From Fimicolochytrium jonesii (lineage: Eukaryota), in NCBI RefSeq assembly GCF_025526975.1, contig NW_026515671.1:310001-374000 (forward strand): a DNA stretch of 64,000 bases, read 5' to 3'. The position numbers and the translations under genes are program-made. Shown here piece after piece: positions 44,522 to 56,479 of this stretch (position 1 is the stretch's first letter; each line of letters starts with the position of its first letter). The notes below the pieces were generated by a model. The model saw only the letters and a list, made by a program, of their open reading frames with translations. It ran no database searches and was not told the origin of the DNA.

Positions 44522-47500
44522 ATGGGGCGACGAAACTTCATAAAGCCGGCCCCACGACCGAACGGAGGAAGGTCATTGCAAGGCAGCATGGAGGACAGAA
44601 TGCTGCCGCTTGTGCAGGAATACCAATACCAACAGAGCCAAATAGACGGCATAAAAAGCGACGTCGCCTTGAGGGAGGAGGATGCCATTTTGCAGTACAT
44701 TCGCTCTCAGGATACGACCCTTGCGCGGAAGCCTGAGCGGAATTTAAAGGTTGCTTTGGCAAATGGTAACGAAATTGTCCATCCCAAACCGACAAAGGCA
44801 GGCTACTGACAAACGCTCGTGATTTTGTGATTCCTGTAGTCGTGAGGCAAGTTCGCAGTTTGGGCTCAAATCAGGGCACAGATACGCCGAACGACTCCGA
44901 CGAAGACTTGGACTCCGATTTTGCTTTCGAGGACGTTCCCATGATGGAGGTGAAGGTACGTAGAATCGGAAGCATTCTGCACGCATTCGTTCTCTGGTCT
45001 GACATACATGCTATAGGAAACGAATTCGATGAACAGGTCCATTTTGGGAATATACGGGGCGAAAAAGACTGTTGTGGAGACTTCGTCTTCCATCATTGTA
45101 CCGGCCAGTCCTGCACGGGTCACCACCTCCTTTGCAGGAGACACAATCAACGCAGCAAACGAAGCTACACAGCAGGAAGCGCGGAACGTACTGGATGTGG
45201 AGCAACCGTCGGGGGAAACAGCCATTTCAGACGCACAACCGGCCGAGCGAACGAAGAAGCGTCGCCAAAAGGACGCTCCCTCAGGCCAGGAGTCGAAGAA
45301 AGCGAAACGAAGCAGCCACGAGAAAGCCACAGCGAAGTGGCCGACACCAACAGCACGATTGTCTGATCTCGGAGGAATGGACGGATGCGTAGAGGAGGTT
45401 CTCCAGCTCATCGGGATGCCACTGAAGCATCCAGAGATTTTCCTGCATTTGGGGATTCAACCTCCCCGAGGAATCCTGCTGCATGGTCCTCCTGGATGTG
45501 GGAAAACTCTGTTGGCCCACGCGATTGCGGGGGAGGCTGGGGTTCCCTTTGTTAGCATCTCTGCACCGTCTATCGTTTCAGGGATGTCTGGAGAATCAGA
45601 GAAGAAGTTGCGGGAGATCTTTGATGAGGCTAAGGATATTGCACCGTGCCTGATGTTCATTGACGAAATCGATGCCATTACCCCCAAGAGGGAGACGGCG
45701 CAGCGGGAGATGGAAAGGAGAATAGTCGCTCAGCTGTTGACGTGTTTAGACGGTATGCTTTATGAGGCGTATCAGGAAACGTCGCAACTGAAACTTAATG
45801 AACCCTTACAGACATATCAATGGACAAGACGGACAACAAGCCGGTTATAGTGATTGGAGCAACAAATCGACCAGACTCGATCGACTCCGCATTACGGCGA
45901 GCCGGACGATTCGACCGTGAGATAGCGATCGGCGTGCCAGACGAGGCAGCGAGGGCAAGAATTCTGGACAAACTATGCTCGAAATTGCGCTTATCGGGAG
46001 ATCTGGATACGAAATCTCTGGCGAAAGTGACACCGGGCTATGTTGGAGCAGATCTGAACGCATTGACGGCGGAGGCGGGCATGCTGGCCGTACAACGCAT
46101 TCTGAAGACACTGACGAGAAAGACGGGTCCGGAAGGCCCAGCGGAGGCGGTGGTGGCGCCTCCGTCGATATCGATGGATGGGGAAGCAATGGACGTCGAC
46201 CAACAGATCCCAACCACGACGGAAACTAGTGATAGTCCGACTTGGGTTGAGGGCATCCAGGGTGTGCTCTCCCAGACGATGTCCGTCTCGGAGTTCCTGA
46301 GTTCCTGCCCAGAACCATTAACGGAATCCGAGCTAGAGCCATTATGCATCATCTTCAGCGACTTCGAAGCCGCACTGAAGGTAGTCCAACCCTCAGCAAA
46401 GCGTGAAGGTTTCGCGACTGTGCCCGATGTCTCCTGGGCCGACGTTGGGGCATTAACGCAAGTCCGGGAAGAGTTGCGCATGGCCATCGTTGAACCGATT
46501 AGGCATCCGGAATTCTTTTCGCGGATGGGCATTGCGTCCGCTATGGGCGTTTTGCTGTACGGCCCACCGGGATGTGGAAAGACATTGTTGGCTAAGGCTG
46601 TGGCGAACGAGAGTTGTTGTAATTTTATCTCAGTTAAGGGGCCGGAGTTATTGAACAAGGTGAGCTCTCCCCTGCGTTGTAGAATATACTCGCTTCGCAG
46701 ATGTTGACTTCGTGATTGTTGTAGTATGTCGGCGAGAGTGAGCGAGCGGTACGGATGGTGTTTGCAAGGGCGCAGGCTTCATCGCCTTGTGTCATTTTCT
46801 TTGACGAGCTGGACGCTTTATGTCCAGCGAGGTCCAATGAGGGCGAGGTAAGAAAGCATGTGATCTCCGCGAGTCTCGATGAACTTATGGCTCACATGTA
46901 TTCTTTACGTTACATAGTCGCAATCATCATCCCGCCTCGTAAACACCCTTCTCACCGAAATGGACGGCATGCAAGGCCGCAAACAAGTCTATGTCATCGC
47001 CGCCACCAACCGACCCGACATGATCGATCCAGCCATGCTCCGTCCGGGCCGTCTCGACAAAGCCCTGTACGTCGACCTCCCCGACGCGTCGGAGCGTTAC
47101 GACATTCTCACAGCCGTCGCCCGCCGCACGCCACTGGCACCTGACGTTGACCTGCGGAGCGTTGCGGGTGACGCGAGATGCGACGGATTCAGCGGTGCAG
47201 ATTTGGCGGCGTTGGTGAGGGAGGCGGCTGTTGCGGCGTTGAGGGAGGGACTGTTTCAGCAGAGTGCGGCTTTGGGCGCACCCGGGGCTTGGGGCGTGAA
47301 TCACATCCAGGGACCGAAGGTGAAGGTTGAGGCTACGTTTGTGCAGCAACGACATTTCATGGTGGCGTTCTCGAAGATGTTGCCTTCTGTCAACAAAAAG
47401 GTGGGTGCTTCAATGGGCGCACCACGGTGAGGCTATTGCTCCCAGGGTTGTGTTGCTAACGCTTTCCCTTTTCCCTGATATAGGACCGCCGCAAATACGA

Positions 47501-47591
47501 TCTCCTACGCGTGAAGTTCGGCAATGCATCCTCCCCAAACGTGCCTGCCCCCCCGCAGGCACCCGTGGCCAACCAAGATGTAGATGCCTGA
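44522..47591 (+). CDS. RIX7: Type II AAA ATPase for 60S ribosome biogenesis (Rix7/NVL), multi-exon
   Basis: Two Walker A motifs [52 protein letters not shown] introns join the ORF pieces. Confidence 0.92.
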
Positions 47592-47826
47592 TAAGCATCG
47601 GCCACGCATCAACCCCCCCTTTTTGGCGTTCCAGTTTAGCGCATATGGATCTTTCAGTTTGCAGATTATTGCGCTCTCAGCACCTCGCGGAGAGTCAAAG
47701 CATGTATATAGAGCCAGGGTATGTAGGATTATTTACAATTAGGAGATAAAGAACCATGTGCACCAGTGCTTTCATGAAAGGCGCTTACATGATATGGCTC
47801 GAAGTACAGTGGGGTCACACACCACC

Positions 47827-49326
47827 TCAGGGCCACACAAACAAATCCGTAAGATGATTAATGTCCTTACTCGTCCCGGACACCATCTCGCTCAACCTGA
47901 ACCCCGACACCTTATGCAGCCCAGCCAGCAGCGGGAAAAACTGCAACGTCACATCGACATGCTCCAACGGCGGCACGTTCCCAAATGCGCGTTCGCTTGC
48001 GCCCATGAGGAGGATACTGCTCATGTTCGCTTTGATGCCCGATAGGGTGAGGCGGAGTGTTTCTGAGACGAGGTTGTTGTACACGCGGCAGGTCATGCTG
48101 AAAGGCTGTTCCGCGACGATACGGTCCGGGACGCTGACAACAGCCATCTCGTAAGGGTCTGTGGGTGGCACTTTCCGGCTGAGTTGAGATGTTTGTAAAC
48201 GGCCGGTCTGGCCAAGATGGGTCCGCCACATGATATCGAGTTTGCCGAGTGTGGGCGATGTGCGGGCGACGGGATCGTGCGGTTTTTTGGGGTTGAGCAT
48301 ATAGAGGTATTGGCGGATGTCCTGCGGGTTGAGGTAGATGGAGCCTTCTTCGGTGGCGCCCACGGTTTGGGCGGGGTTGGCGGGGGTGGGGTTTGGACGG
48401 GTGATGTTGGTGTTGAGGACGCCTAATGGTTCTGATGGCGATACGTGTGTCAATGTTGTTGGTGAGGAAGAGTCAGACTCGCTCCCGCGGGGTATTATGG
48501 AGTTGAGGTCCGTGTAAACGAACAAATCCGACGGATCGAACCGCATCCGTTCCAAGAACATGGGCTCGGCGGCCATATTCTGTACCTGCGCCTCGAGGAA
48601 CACCTTCCCATCCGGCAGCGAGTTGACCTTCGTCTTGACCGCCAACGGGTTCAACACCTGAAATTTGTAAAACTTGCGAAAGAACCGCTTCTCCCCCGCC
48701 GGCGTCGAGTAGTGCACCGAGCACACCAGGATATGCACGCCCAGCTCCTTGATCTCGTGCTGGATCACAAACTCCGCCGATTGGGTGGGCAGAAGTGGCA
48801 CACGCGTGGGTGTGCTGGTTCCACTCCGGTCCGTCAACGAGATGCTCGCTCGGGGCGTCGTGCTCGCGACGGTATCGGTGAGCGTGAACCGCTGGGACCC
48901 CGTCTGCAGCTCAGCTTTAATCCCGACATCCTGCGTGGCGGCCTGGCTTTCGTTGTTGATGCAGAGGTAGCTGGAGAAGGTTTCGCCGAGGTAGATGTTT
49001 CCGAAGGAGGGCGGGAGGGCGAGGAGGTCGCTGAGGCCAAAGTCGCGGAGGTTGACACTGTCCGGGGCTTGTTGAGATCGCGTGGGTGTTTGAGCTACTG
49101 GTGAGTCGAGGTGTAATAGGTCCGCCAAGCCGGGCTGAGAGGATGCGCCAGCGTTTGCGAGCGGCAACTCGTTGGCGGCCGCTTCTACTAGTGCGACATG
49201 GCCGGGAAGACTTGGATCGGAATCATCGAAAGGTATCGGGTTTGTTTGCACGAACGCCGGCCGCGACAGCCGCATGACTTTCAGTGATAGCAAATGCGGT
49301 GGACCCGCATTGCCATGGTCCCCCAT
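47827..49326 (-). CDS. TRAPPC13: TRAPP complex subunit 13 (DUF974)
   Basis: HLLSLKVMRLSRP, LPPSFGNIYLGETFSSY, HEIKELGVHILVC, FRKFYKFQV, GRLQTSQL. Confidence 0.9.
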   Translation of the reverse strand: MGDHGNAGPPHLLSLKVMRLSRPAFVQTNPIPFDDSDPSLPGHVALVEAAANELPLANAGASSQPGLADLLHLDSPVAQTPTRSQQAPDSVNLRDFGLSDLLALPPSFGNIYLGETFSSYLCINNESQAATQDVGIKAELQTGSQRFTLTDTVASTTPRASISLTDRSGTSTPTRVPLLPTQSAEFVIQHEIKELGVHILVCSVHYSTPAGEKRFFRKFYKFQVLNPLAVKTKVNSLPDGKVFLEAQVQNMAAEPMFLERMRFDPSDLFVYTDLNSIIPRGSESDSSSPTTLTHVSPSEPLGVLNTNITRPNPTPANPAQTVGATEEGSIYLNPQDIRQYLYMLNPKKPHDPVARTSPTLGKLDIMWRTHLGQTGRLQTSQLSRKVPPTDPYEMAVVSVPDRIVAEQPFSMTCRVYNNLVSETLRLTLSGIKANMSSILLMGASERAFGNVPPLEHVDVTLQFFPLLAGLHKVSGFRLSEMVSGTSKDINHLTDLFVWP

Positions 49327-50043
49327 CTTTGACGAAAGTGGTTGAACTTATGCCGTTTGCTCGGACGGTGGTATTGCAAAGATTCCCGCTTGGAAGATGT
49401 CGAGTAAGAAGTCGAGTGATTAGCGTCGCGTCAAGGGTTCCCGAGATGAGACTTTTTGCGGGGATTAGCAAGAGAACCCCAACTAAAAGCTATGGCCGTT
49501 GACGACAGCAGATATTCGGAGCTCGGAAGAAGAAGGATGGGCCGATGCGAGTGGGGATTTATTGAGGTACTGGGACCGCATAATAGTCAATCCGCCGAGT
49601 CCGTCTTGGCTGGGAGTGCTAACGTCACGTGCGAGAACTTCGGTTTGCACCACCACTTACGTACCACCTCCGACCGGTAGCTTGCGAACATATTCTTGAT
49701 TTTACTAAAGATTTATACTCAAACTTTTCATGTGGCCAGGTATGCATGTCCAGTTGTTTTGCTGATACGGAGAATAGTTGATGTCCTTTCCAAAAACGGA
49801 AGCTTGGATGCTCATATTTTGCCCAACGATGGGAGATGCAGAGGACACACCTGCAGAATACAATTCAATGTCATCAAGGTATATCAGAAACGAAGCTAAA
49901 CTATTCCAAAATAATATAAACCATCTCAAGAGTCCTAATGTACGGAAAAGTGCCCGCTGGTATCAAAAAAAGGCTAAAGCGCGAGGATCAGTGGAAAATA
50001 ATCTATCTACACTCCAAAATCTATAAAACCGAAGAAACTCTAC

Positions 50044-50550
50044 TCAATGAGGCCGAGGAGAATCGAGCTCACTGGCCGCATAACTCGGCGGCTCAGCCAT
50101 GTACACCGTCGCTAAACTCTCCAGCGTAGGATACCGCCGCATCTCCCTCACAATCGTATTGTCCCTCTCCCTCTCGAGCTCCGCGACGCCCTCCGCCATA
50201 GACAAAGGTCGCGGGGAATCCACCCTCGTGATCAGCAGCTCATCATGCTCGACTTCCCTGTACACAATCTCGACTGGTTTCGACGACGTGACTTTCGGCC
50301 GGTTAAATGCTTCGCGGAACCCGGGCGAGTATTTGTAAAGAAGGGCAATGATGAGGAACAAGACAAAGATAGCGACGGGGATTAGGACCCAGTAGGTGTT
50401 GAAGGAGCGGATGGTGCTGGCGGTGGATGTGGAGGTGGGTAAGTTGGGTGAGTCGGAGACGATGGGGGATACGCCGGGTGGTGAATATGTGAAGGATGTG
50501 GAGTCGTCGGCTGGGGTTGCTGATTCTGGTGAGGCGGATACGGGCGGCAT
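50044..50550 (-). CDS. Small single-pass membrane protein with a C-terminal PPSY motif
   Basis: S/P/T-rich N-terminus, TM WVLIPVAIFVLFLIIALLY, tail EPPSY. Confidence 0.65.
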   Translation of the reverse strand: MPPVSASPESATPADDSTSFTYSPPGVSPIVSDSPNLPTSTSTASTIRSFNTYWVLIPVAIFVLFLIIALLYKYSPGFREAFNRPKVTSSKPVEIVYREVEHDELLITRVDSPRPLSMAEGVAELERERDNTIVREMRRYPTLESLATVYMAEPPSYAASELDSPRPH

Positions 50551-51743
50551 TGCGAGCGGACGTGCAAGGAGCGGACGAGTGTTATAGTATTATTTTGGCA
50601 AGACAAAGCAAGCGTTCCTATGTTCTCGGAATGAAGGTGTGAGGAAGGTTCCGTATGTAAAACGTGGGTCGACAATTCTGGACAGCGGACGACTGGTGTG
50701 GTGCTTTGGAGCGGTTGACTGTTCCCCTTGGAGAGAGTATCAATGACGTTCAAGTGGGTTTGCGGGGGGGCGAAGGAGAGGGGGGGTTTGTTGTGAGTTG
50801 CAAACGGGGTCTGATGAGAGTGGAATTGGGTCCAGGCGATTCGCTTTTTGTTCTGCGTTTGCCGTAAGTTGCGCATCTCTCTCTTGCGGAAGTTGTCGCA
50901 CAAGGCGTCTCGTCATTCCTGTGGACCATTCTCATCGTAATATTTGGGGGGTGTCGAATTTCCGTCTCAGATTGCCCAACAAAAAAGAACTTCAACATGC
51001 AGGCGGCAAAAGGGACCGTTGCGACGCGCCTGTGCACGCAAATTTGACGTGAGCCGTATCCCGTCAGTGTGCTGTCAATGTGAGTCACGCAGTGCCCGTC
51101 ACTGACCGCTCTGAGAGCTCTCCCGCCCTTTTCTCCCTGCTGCCGTTTTAATAGTACGTTATTGCTTGCCCCCTTTGTTTGAGCTTCCCCCGATTCGCAC
51201 CGACAGCATGCGAGCGGTCAATATAATATATAAACGGGGGGTATTATTACAGAGACTCGCTGGATGTGGGATCCGACTATGCGATTGATGAGAAGGTCTT
51301 TCAGCGCGCAACCCAGCCTCATGTCAGTATGTATCCGCTCTCGGACTCGGGGTGTCGGAGCAGCAGAGCACTGGGGCCGTGGGGAAAACGACTGCCAGCG
51401 CCCACCAGCGGCTCTTAAACATGCGGCAACCGTCCCTTTTCCCTGAGCATCCCGCAAATTCGCCATTTTGCTGCATTTGACCCACCTACAGTAATACGTA
51501 CCCACCCACACAACGCAACCTCAAAGCGGCAGCATGGAGCTGCTCTTACAGGTGGATGGTAAGGGTTTGAAATGTGAAGGACTCACCTCCATTTGCATTA
51601 TTCTGCATAATCCGTGGGAACTTTCGTCGCAACTGAGCTCGTAACGTCAACCTTTCATCTCATCCAACTCACAACATCCTCCATATCGATCACACACAGA
51701 ACTCTGCCGCAAGCTCGAGCGTCGCGCCGACGACCACGACACC

Positions 51744-53048
51744 ATGCTCAAAACCCGTCGCAGCGCAATGCACCTCTGCAAAACAGCGCTCAGCAAACTC
51801 AAAATCGATCCACCCACCACCGCTGTGCGCGTCGGGCCTGATTCCGCCACCAGCCCAACCCAGTCACTCAAAGATGAACGCAAGGCGAGCGGTGACAATG
51901 ACTACTCCCGCCTCCACCCATTATCGGCGCCACTGAGCCCGGATAGACTGTCGGTGCTGACGGCCACGAACTCGCGGTGTGGGTCTGATACGCCCTTGCT
52001 CCTTTTCATTGAGAATGGGAGTAGTGAGAGCTTCAGGCCACTTTCGGCGACGGGAGATGGATCCGGAAGGCATCCGATGCATGTTGCGCAACAGGAGGGG
52101 CTGAGTTTGAATGCGTCTCCTGGGCTGGATGAAGAGGATGTCTTTGATGATGAGAATGAATTCGTTCCGCCCAACAGGTATGTAGATATGCAGCCGTACT
52201 CCCAACTCTCGTCCGCGAGACTCACCTCCCATTCCTACCTCCATCCCAAATCTCATTCCAGCCCACCCGGTACACCACCCCCAACCCCCGCTGACATCCT
52301 TTCGCCTACCTACCTCCTTCTCCCCGGCTCATCCCCGTACACCCGAACCCAATCCCTCGACACGGAGACACCCAGTCCCGCACTGTCTGCGTGGGCCGAC
52401 GGAACTTGGGCCAAGTTCCGTCGCTACGGCCCAGGCACGCCGGTGTGGAACCCGACTGAAAGGTCGCTTGCTGCTTTGGAAGAACGGGCTGCGATGGATG
52501 GGCAGAGTGATGAGACTGGTGATGCGCGCCCAGAGCCTATCAGGGAATCCATGACCGTCGAACGACAGGTGCAATATCAGAATGCACAGGATCAGGACCA
52601 GCCTCAGACCGATACTGATATGAAGCACCCACCCCAGTTCGATACCGAAAAGCAAGGCTACCGCCCAACCCTCCGCCGGCACCTAACCCGCCTCCTCTAC
52701 CGGCCCCGCGCTCACTCACCTCAAACCATGCCCCCGACCTCCATCCCAACCATCTCTCTAACACGCACCCCCTCCTTCCGACGCCTCCGCCGCCGCCGTG
52801 CTCTCCCCGCCGACACCGCCATCCGCGGGGTGTATCGCCCGACGCCTGTGAGTGGGTCGTTTTCGTCTAGTCGGACTGAAATTGGCGATGTTATGGCGTG
52901 TGGGGTTGGGAGCGACGCCGAGGGCGAGAGGAAAGGGGGAGCGGTGAGGGAGAGTGTGGGGTCAAAGACGAGTGTTGGTGTGACGAGACGCAGGAGGAAG
53001 TGGTTTGGGTTTTGGAGGGGGCTCCTTCGTGGGAGGGGAAAGAAGTAG
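51744..53048 (+). CDS. Hypothetical disordered protein, 434 aa
   Basis: Long ATG-initiated ORF, no recognisable domain. Confidence 0.55.
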   Translation: MLKTRRSAMHLCKTALSKLKIDPPTTAVRVGPDSATSPTQSLKDERKASGDNDYSRLHPLSAPLSPDRLSVLTATNSRCGSDTPLLLFIENGSSESFRPLSATGDGSGRHPMHVAQQEGLSLNASPGLDEEDVFDDENEFVPPNRYVDMQPYSQLSSARLTSHSYLHPKSHSSPPGTPPPTPADILSPTYLLLPGSSPYTRTQSLDTETPSPALSAWADGTWAKFRRYGPGTPVWNPTERSLAALEERAAMDGQSDETGDARPEPIRESMTVERQVQYQNAQDQDQPQTDTDMKHPPQFDTEKQGYRPTLRRHLTRLLYRPRAHSPQTMPPTSIPTISLTRTPSFRRLRRRRALPADTAIRGVYRPTPVSGSFSSSRTEIGDVMACGVGSDAEGERKGGAVRESVGSKTSVGVTRRRRKWFGFWRGLLRGRGKK

Positions 53049-53419
53049 AACGTTTGAGTGCTCTGGTGGTTGATTTGAGTTATGTTTTCTTTTCGTCGTT
53101 CTCATTCGTTGAACCGCTATCGTTCTGTTGTACAGTTGTTCTTTTCATATTCCCCATTTGCACATACAGTAGCATTTTAGGTGTGGTGCCTGCTATCCGA
53201 GACGCTCCTCTTTCGTTTTACGGTTCTAGATACCTGTTCATTCTGTGTACATACTTTCGTCTCCCACATATATACGTAAGAGAACCGCCTGTCAATACAT
53301 TCCTCATTTTCCACGATCCTACGTGCCTAACATAAGTTACTAGTTTCAAAAAAATTTCTCCCCACAACCGATCTCCCTGGTTCCGCAGTCAGCGATCACC
53401 CCCTAGTTGTCGCGTCGGG

Positions 53420-54633
53420 TCATGGCACAACATCCATCATAGCCCCTCTGTTCGCAAGCTGGTCGGCGGCTTCATTCCCTGGTATGCCTACATGCGCCGG
53501 TACATATTTCTATAATCAAGACAGAGCGAGAGAGGCGATAAGTCCTGCATCAACCAACACCACCACCACCACCACCACCAAATCACTTCAAGACTTACAA
53601 AAACAAGCCCCTTGGGAGGAAACCGCCCCTTCAACTCCTCCAACCTAACCCAAAGATCCTTATTCAACACATCTTTGCCTTCCCTGGTCTTCCACTTCCT
53701 CCTCATCCACCCTCGCACCCACGTCTCGATCCCGTTCTTCATATACGACGAATCCGAATACACGACGACGCCCCTCCCGGGCTCGTTCTCCAACGCAATC
53801 TCCAGTGCGCGGATGACGGCGAAGAGTTCCGCGCGGTTGTTGGTTTGGGTTGTGCCGGGGAGACGTGCGGCGGTGTTGCGGGGGTCGGAGGGGCCGAAAT
53901 AGATGCCGATGCCGGCGCGCGCGGAGGGGGTGCCGTTGGAGAGGCAGGAGCCGTCGGTGAAGATCGTGAGTGGGGGTAAAGAGGAGGAGGAGGAGGGGGG
54001 GAGGGTGGTGGTCGTCAGTGTGCCCGACGTGATGGTAATCACCGTGGTCAAGGTAGCGGTGGTAATCATTGCGCTGGAAGCGGGCGCCGTAGAGGATGGG
54101 GAGAGGTCGATGGTGGCGCAGGCTTCGTCGTCGGAGGCTGTGTAGCCGAATTCGTCGGTTTCTTCGTCGGGTTGTTCGTCGGCGGCGGTGGTGGCCTCCT
54201 GCTGAGGGGTTGACTCTGTTGGAAGGGCGGCCGGTGCCGATGATGACGAAACCTTCGTTGCCCCTGGAGGTGGTGCGCCATACGTCTGCTTTACCGCCTC
54301 CTTATCCACCTCTTTGACAGCCACCGCCCCTACACTCGATCCCGGTCCCGATGCTTGGACCCTAGCAAATTGCAACGCCCCCTCCCTAGAGTTGAAGGAT
54401 TTGTACACAGCTCCGCTGAATCCATCCACGTTGGCTTTGCATGCCTCCCTACGAAGGAGAATGAGTCGAACGGCTCACGCGTAAAATAAGAGCAATTTCG
54501 CCGTGAATGTAAGGACAGTGTAATAGGGCGGAAAGCCGGAGAACATGATGTGGGGCACATACCAGGTATCGTAAACCCCGGGCAGCTTGCCCCGCTTGAC
54601 GGCGTAGAACTTTACCTTTGCGGACTTTGGCAT
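53420..54633 (-). CDS. RNH1: Ribonuclease H1 (hybrid-binding domain plus catalytic domain); introns 54449-54562 and 53510-53598
   Basis: FYAVKRG...GVYDTW|EAC...YKSF; IFTDGSCLSNG, TNNRAEL, YSDS, NKDLW, HVGIPGNEAADQLA. Confidence 0.92.
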
Positions 54634-55123
54634 TGTTGTTAGTGAAGATACTCGTTTTGGGCTTGCGAGTCAACAGAGGGCGGTGGTGGGAGGAAGCGGC
54701 GACAAGCAGCGAGGATTTGAGAGACGAGCAGCAGCAGCAGCAGCTGTTGCGGGTGGTCGCATCCTTGTAAGTGGGAAGTCGTCCTGGCGGGGGCCCGTTC
54801 CAGCTGTTTCCAACGTTCCAGCGGGTCTTGTACATACAGATAGTCTCCGGAGTGAGCGAAAACGCGCGGGCGCCCGCCCGATCGAACGGTCGTCATCGCC
54901 ATCTCCCTTTCCCTCCCTTTCCCTCAACCTCCCCTTTCCTGCTTCATCCTCCCCCCAGCGCCTTCAAGAGTCCCCCCCCAACGAGCGGCCCTTTCGCACA
55001 CGCACTTCCTACTGTGTATCCGTCGGTTATCCTCTCGCAGCTTCAACCGACAGCCTTTTCACGAAGCGCTTATTAGTCTTCATCACTGCCCTCGAGATCA
55101 TTTCTCCGCTTCCCACAACCACA

Positions 55124-55531
55124 ATGTCCTCCTCGTCAAGAATATTCCGCATCGCCTACTCAACGTCCTTGCACCAACCAGCAGCACTACGCCTATCCCC
55201 ACTACGAATCACCCACCGCGCCCCTCATTTCTGCACAACCACCCCATCTCTCATCTCCGACGACAAACCCATAACCCCCGACGCAATCGAGAAGGAAATG
55301 CGTGAATTCAACGCCAAAGTACAGCAACAAAAGGGTGCCACTCGGAGTGTCCCAGGCAACCCGCCATCCCCTTCTTCACCTTATATCGACAAATCGAAGA
55401 AGAAGGCAGGCGCGGAGGAGAATGAAAGTGCTGCTGAGCGGAGGGATTTGCTGGCGGATAAGGACCCGGAGCAGATTGCGGTGCATGGGAATCAGACGCT
55501 TAAGGGTGCTTCTTTTAAGCCAAAGAATTAG
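55124..55531 (+). CDS. Hypothetical 135-aa protein with a mitochondrial-presequence-like N-terminus
   Basis: R/S-rich, acid-free N-terminus MSSSSRIFRIAYSTSL...; ACAATG start context. Confidence 0.55.
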   Translation: MSSSSRIFRIAYSTSLHQPAALRLSPLRITHRAPHFCTTTPSLISDDKPITPDAIEKEMREFNAKVQQQKGATRSVPGNPPSPSSPYIDKSKKKAGAEENESAAERRDLLADKDPEQIAVHGNQTLKGASFKPKN

Positions 55532-56479
55532 GAGTCGTAGAGGGGGAGGGACGGTTCACACATGGAGAGGTTGCAACTCCGTGGTGTCCCTACTATCCCA
55601 TGTGGAATACGGACAAGCATTACTTCACAAGACGTATTGAACGTAGACTGATGTAGTCTCCAACTTCCCCCGTAATGTATATACATGCGAATGTCGGTGT
55701 TCTTTTGTACCAGGCGCTCGCTCTTGGAATATATGGCGTATTGATTTACCCCACGTCGAACCTGGTCCTTCCCGTCAAACCATGTGGGGCATGAGTTCTC
55801 TCATTGCTGCAATAACCGATCCAATTAAGGATTCACAAAGATAAGACAGATGAAAACGGTTCAGCTAAACAGATGGATCCGGCGGCCTCAGCACGGGACT
55901 CCTTTGCTGTACGCCAGCGGAAGGGAACTGACTCGGAGCGCTTGCTGTCCAGATTGACTCTTCCCCGCATCGTGGGAGGGCCTTCGCGTCTTTTTAACAG
56001 GTGACGCGCTGTCAATTTGACAAAGTGCCACTTCCGACTTCGTTAAATCTCCGAAACGCTATTTTTGATCACACTATCAACAAGCGCAGGGTAGGTTGTC
56101 ATCCTAATGCCTTGTTCCTATATCAAAGGTGTTGCCACAAGATGACCTTATTGCGAGTTTACTTTCTGCACATGACGGGTGAGTTCGGACGTGGCGTTTA
56201 CGGGCGGGTACGGATTTAAGATAGGGTAGGATATCTGTGCGTCGCGCATTCATGCGTTTATGTCTTGCCTTCTCTCCTTCGGCGCTTTTTCGTGGCCGAA
56301 TTCGCCTTCCCTTGAAGAACCAAGTTCTGGTGGTTTTTCCAAGTTGTTTCCCAGACAAGTTTCTCTCCGCTCTTGTTGAAACGTAGAGTCATACGAGAAT
56401 CAATTCAAGGGAAAGCTTCGCACATTGCGGGAAAAGTGCTACGAACGACATCTCCACGGAGCACATACCAGGCAAAGGT

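Noticed and set aside
53557..53580. Poly-Trp stretch in ORF 53488-54429
   Set aside because: A (TGG)n microsatellite inside RNase H1 intron 2.
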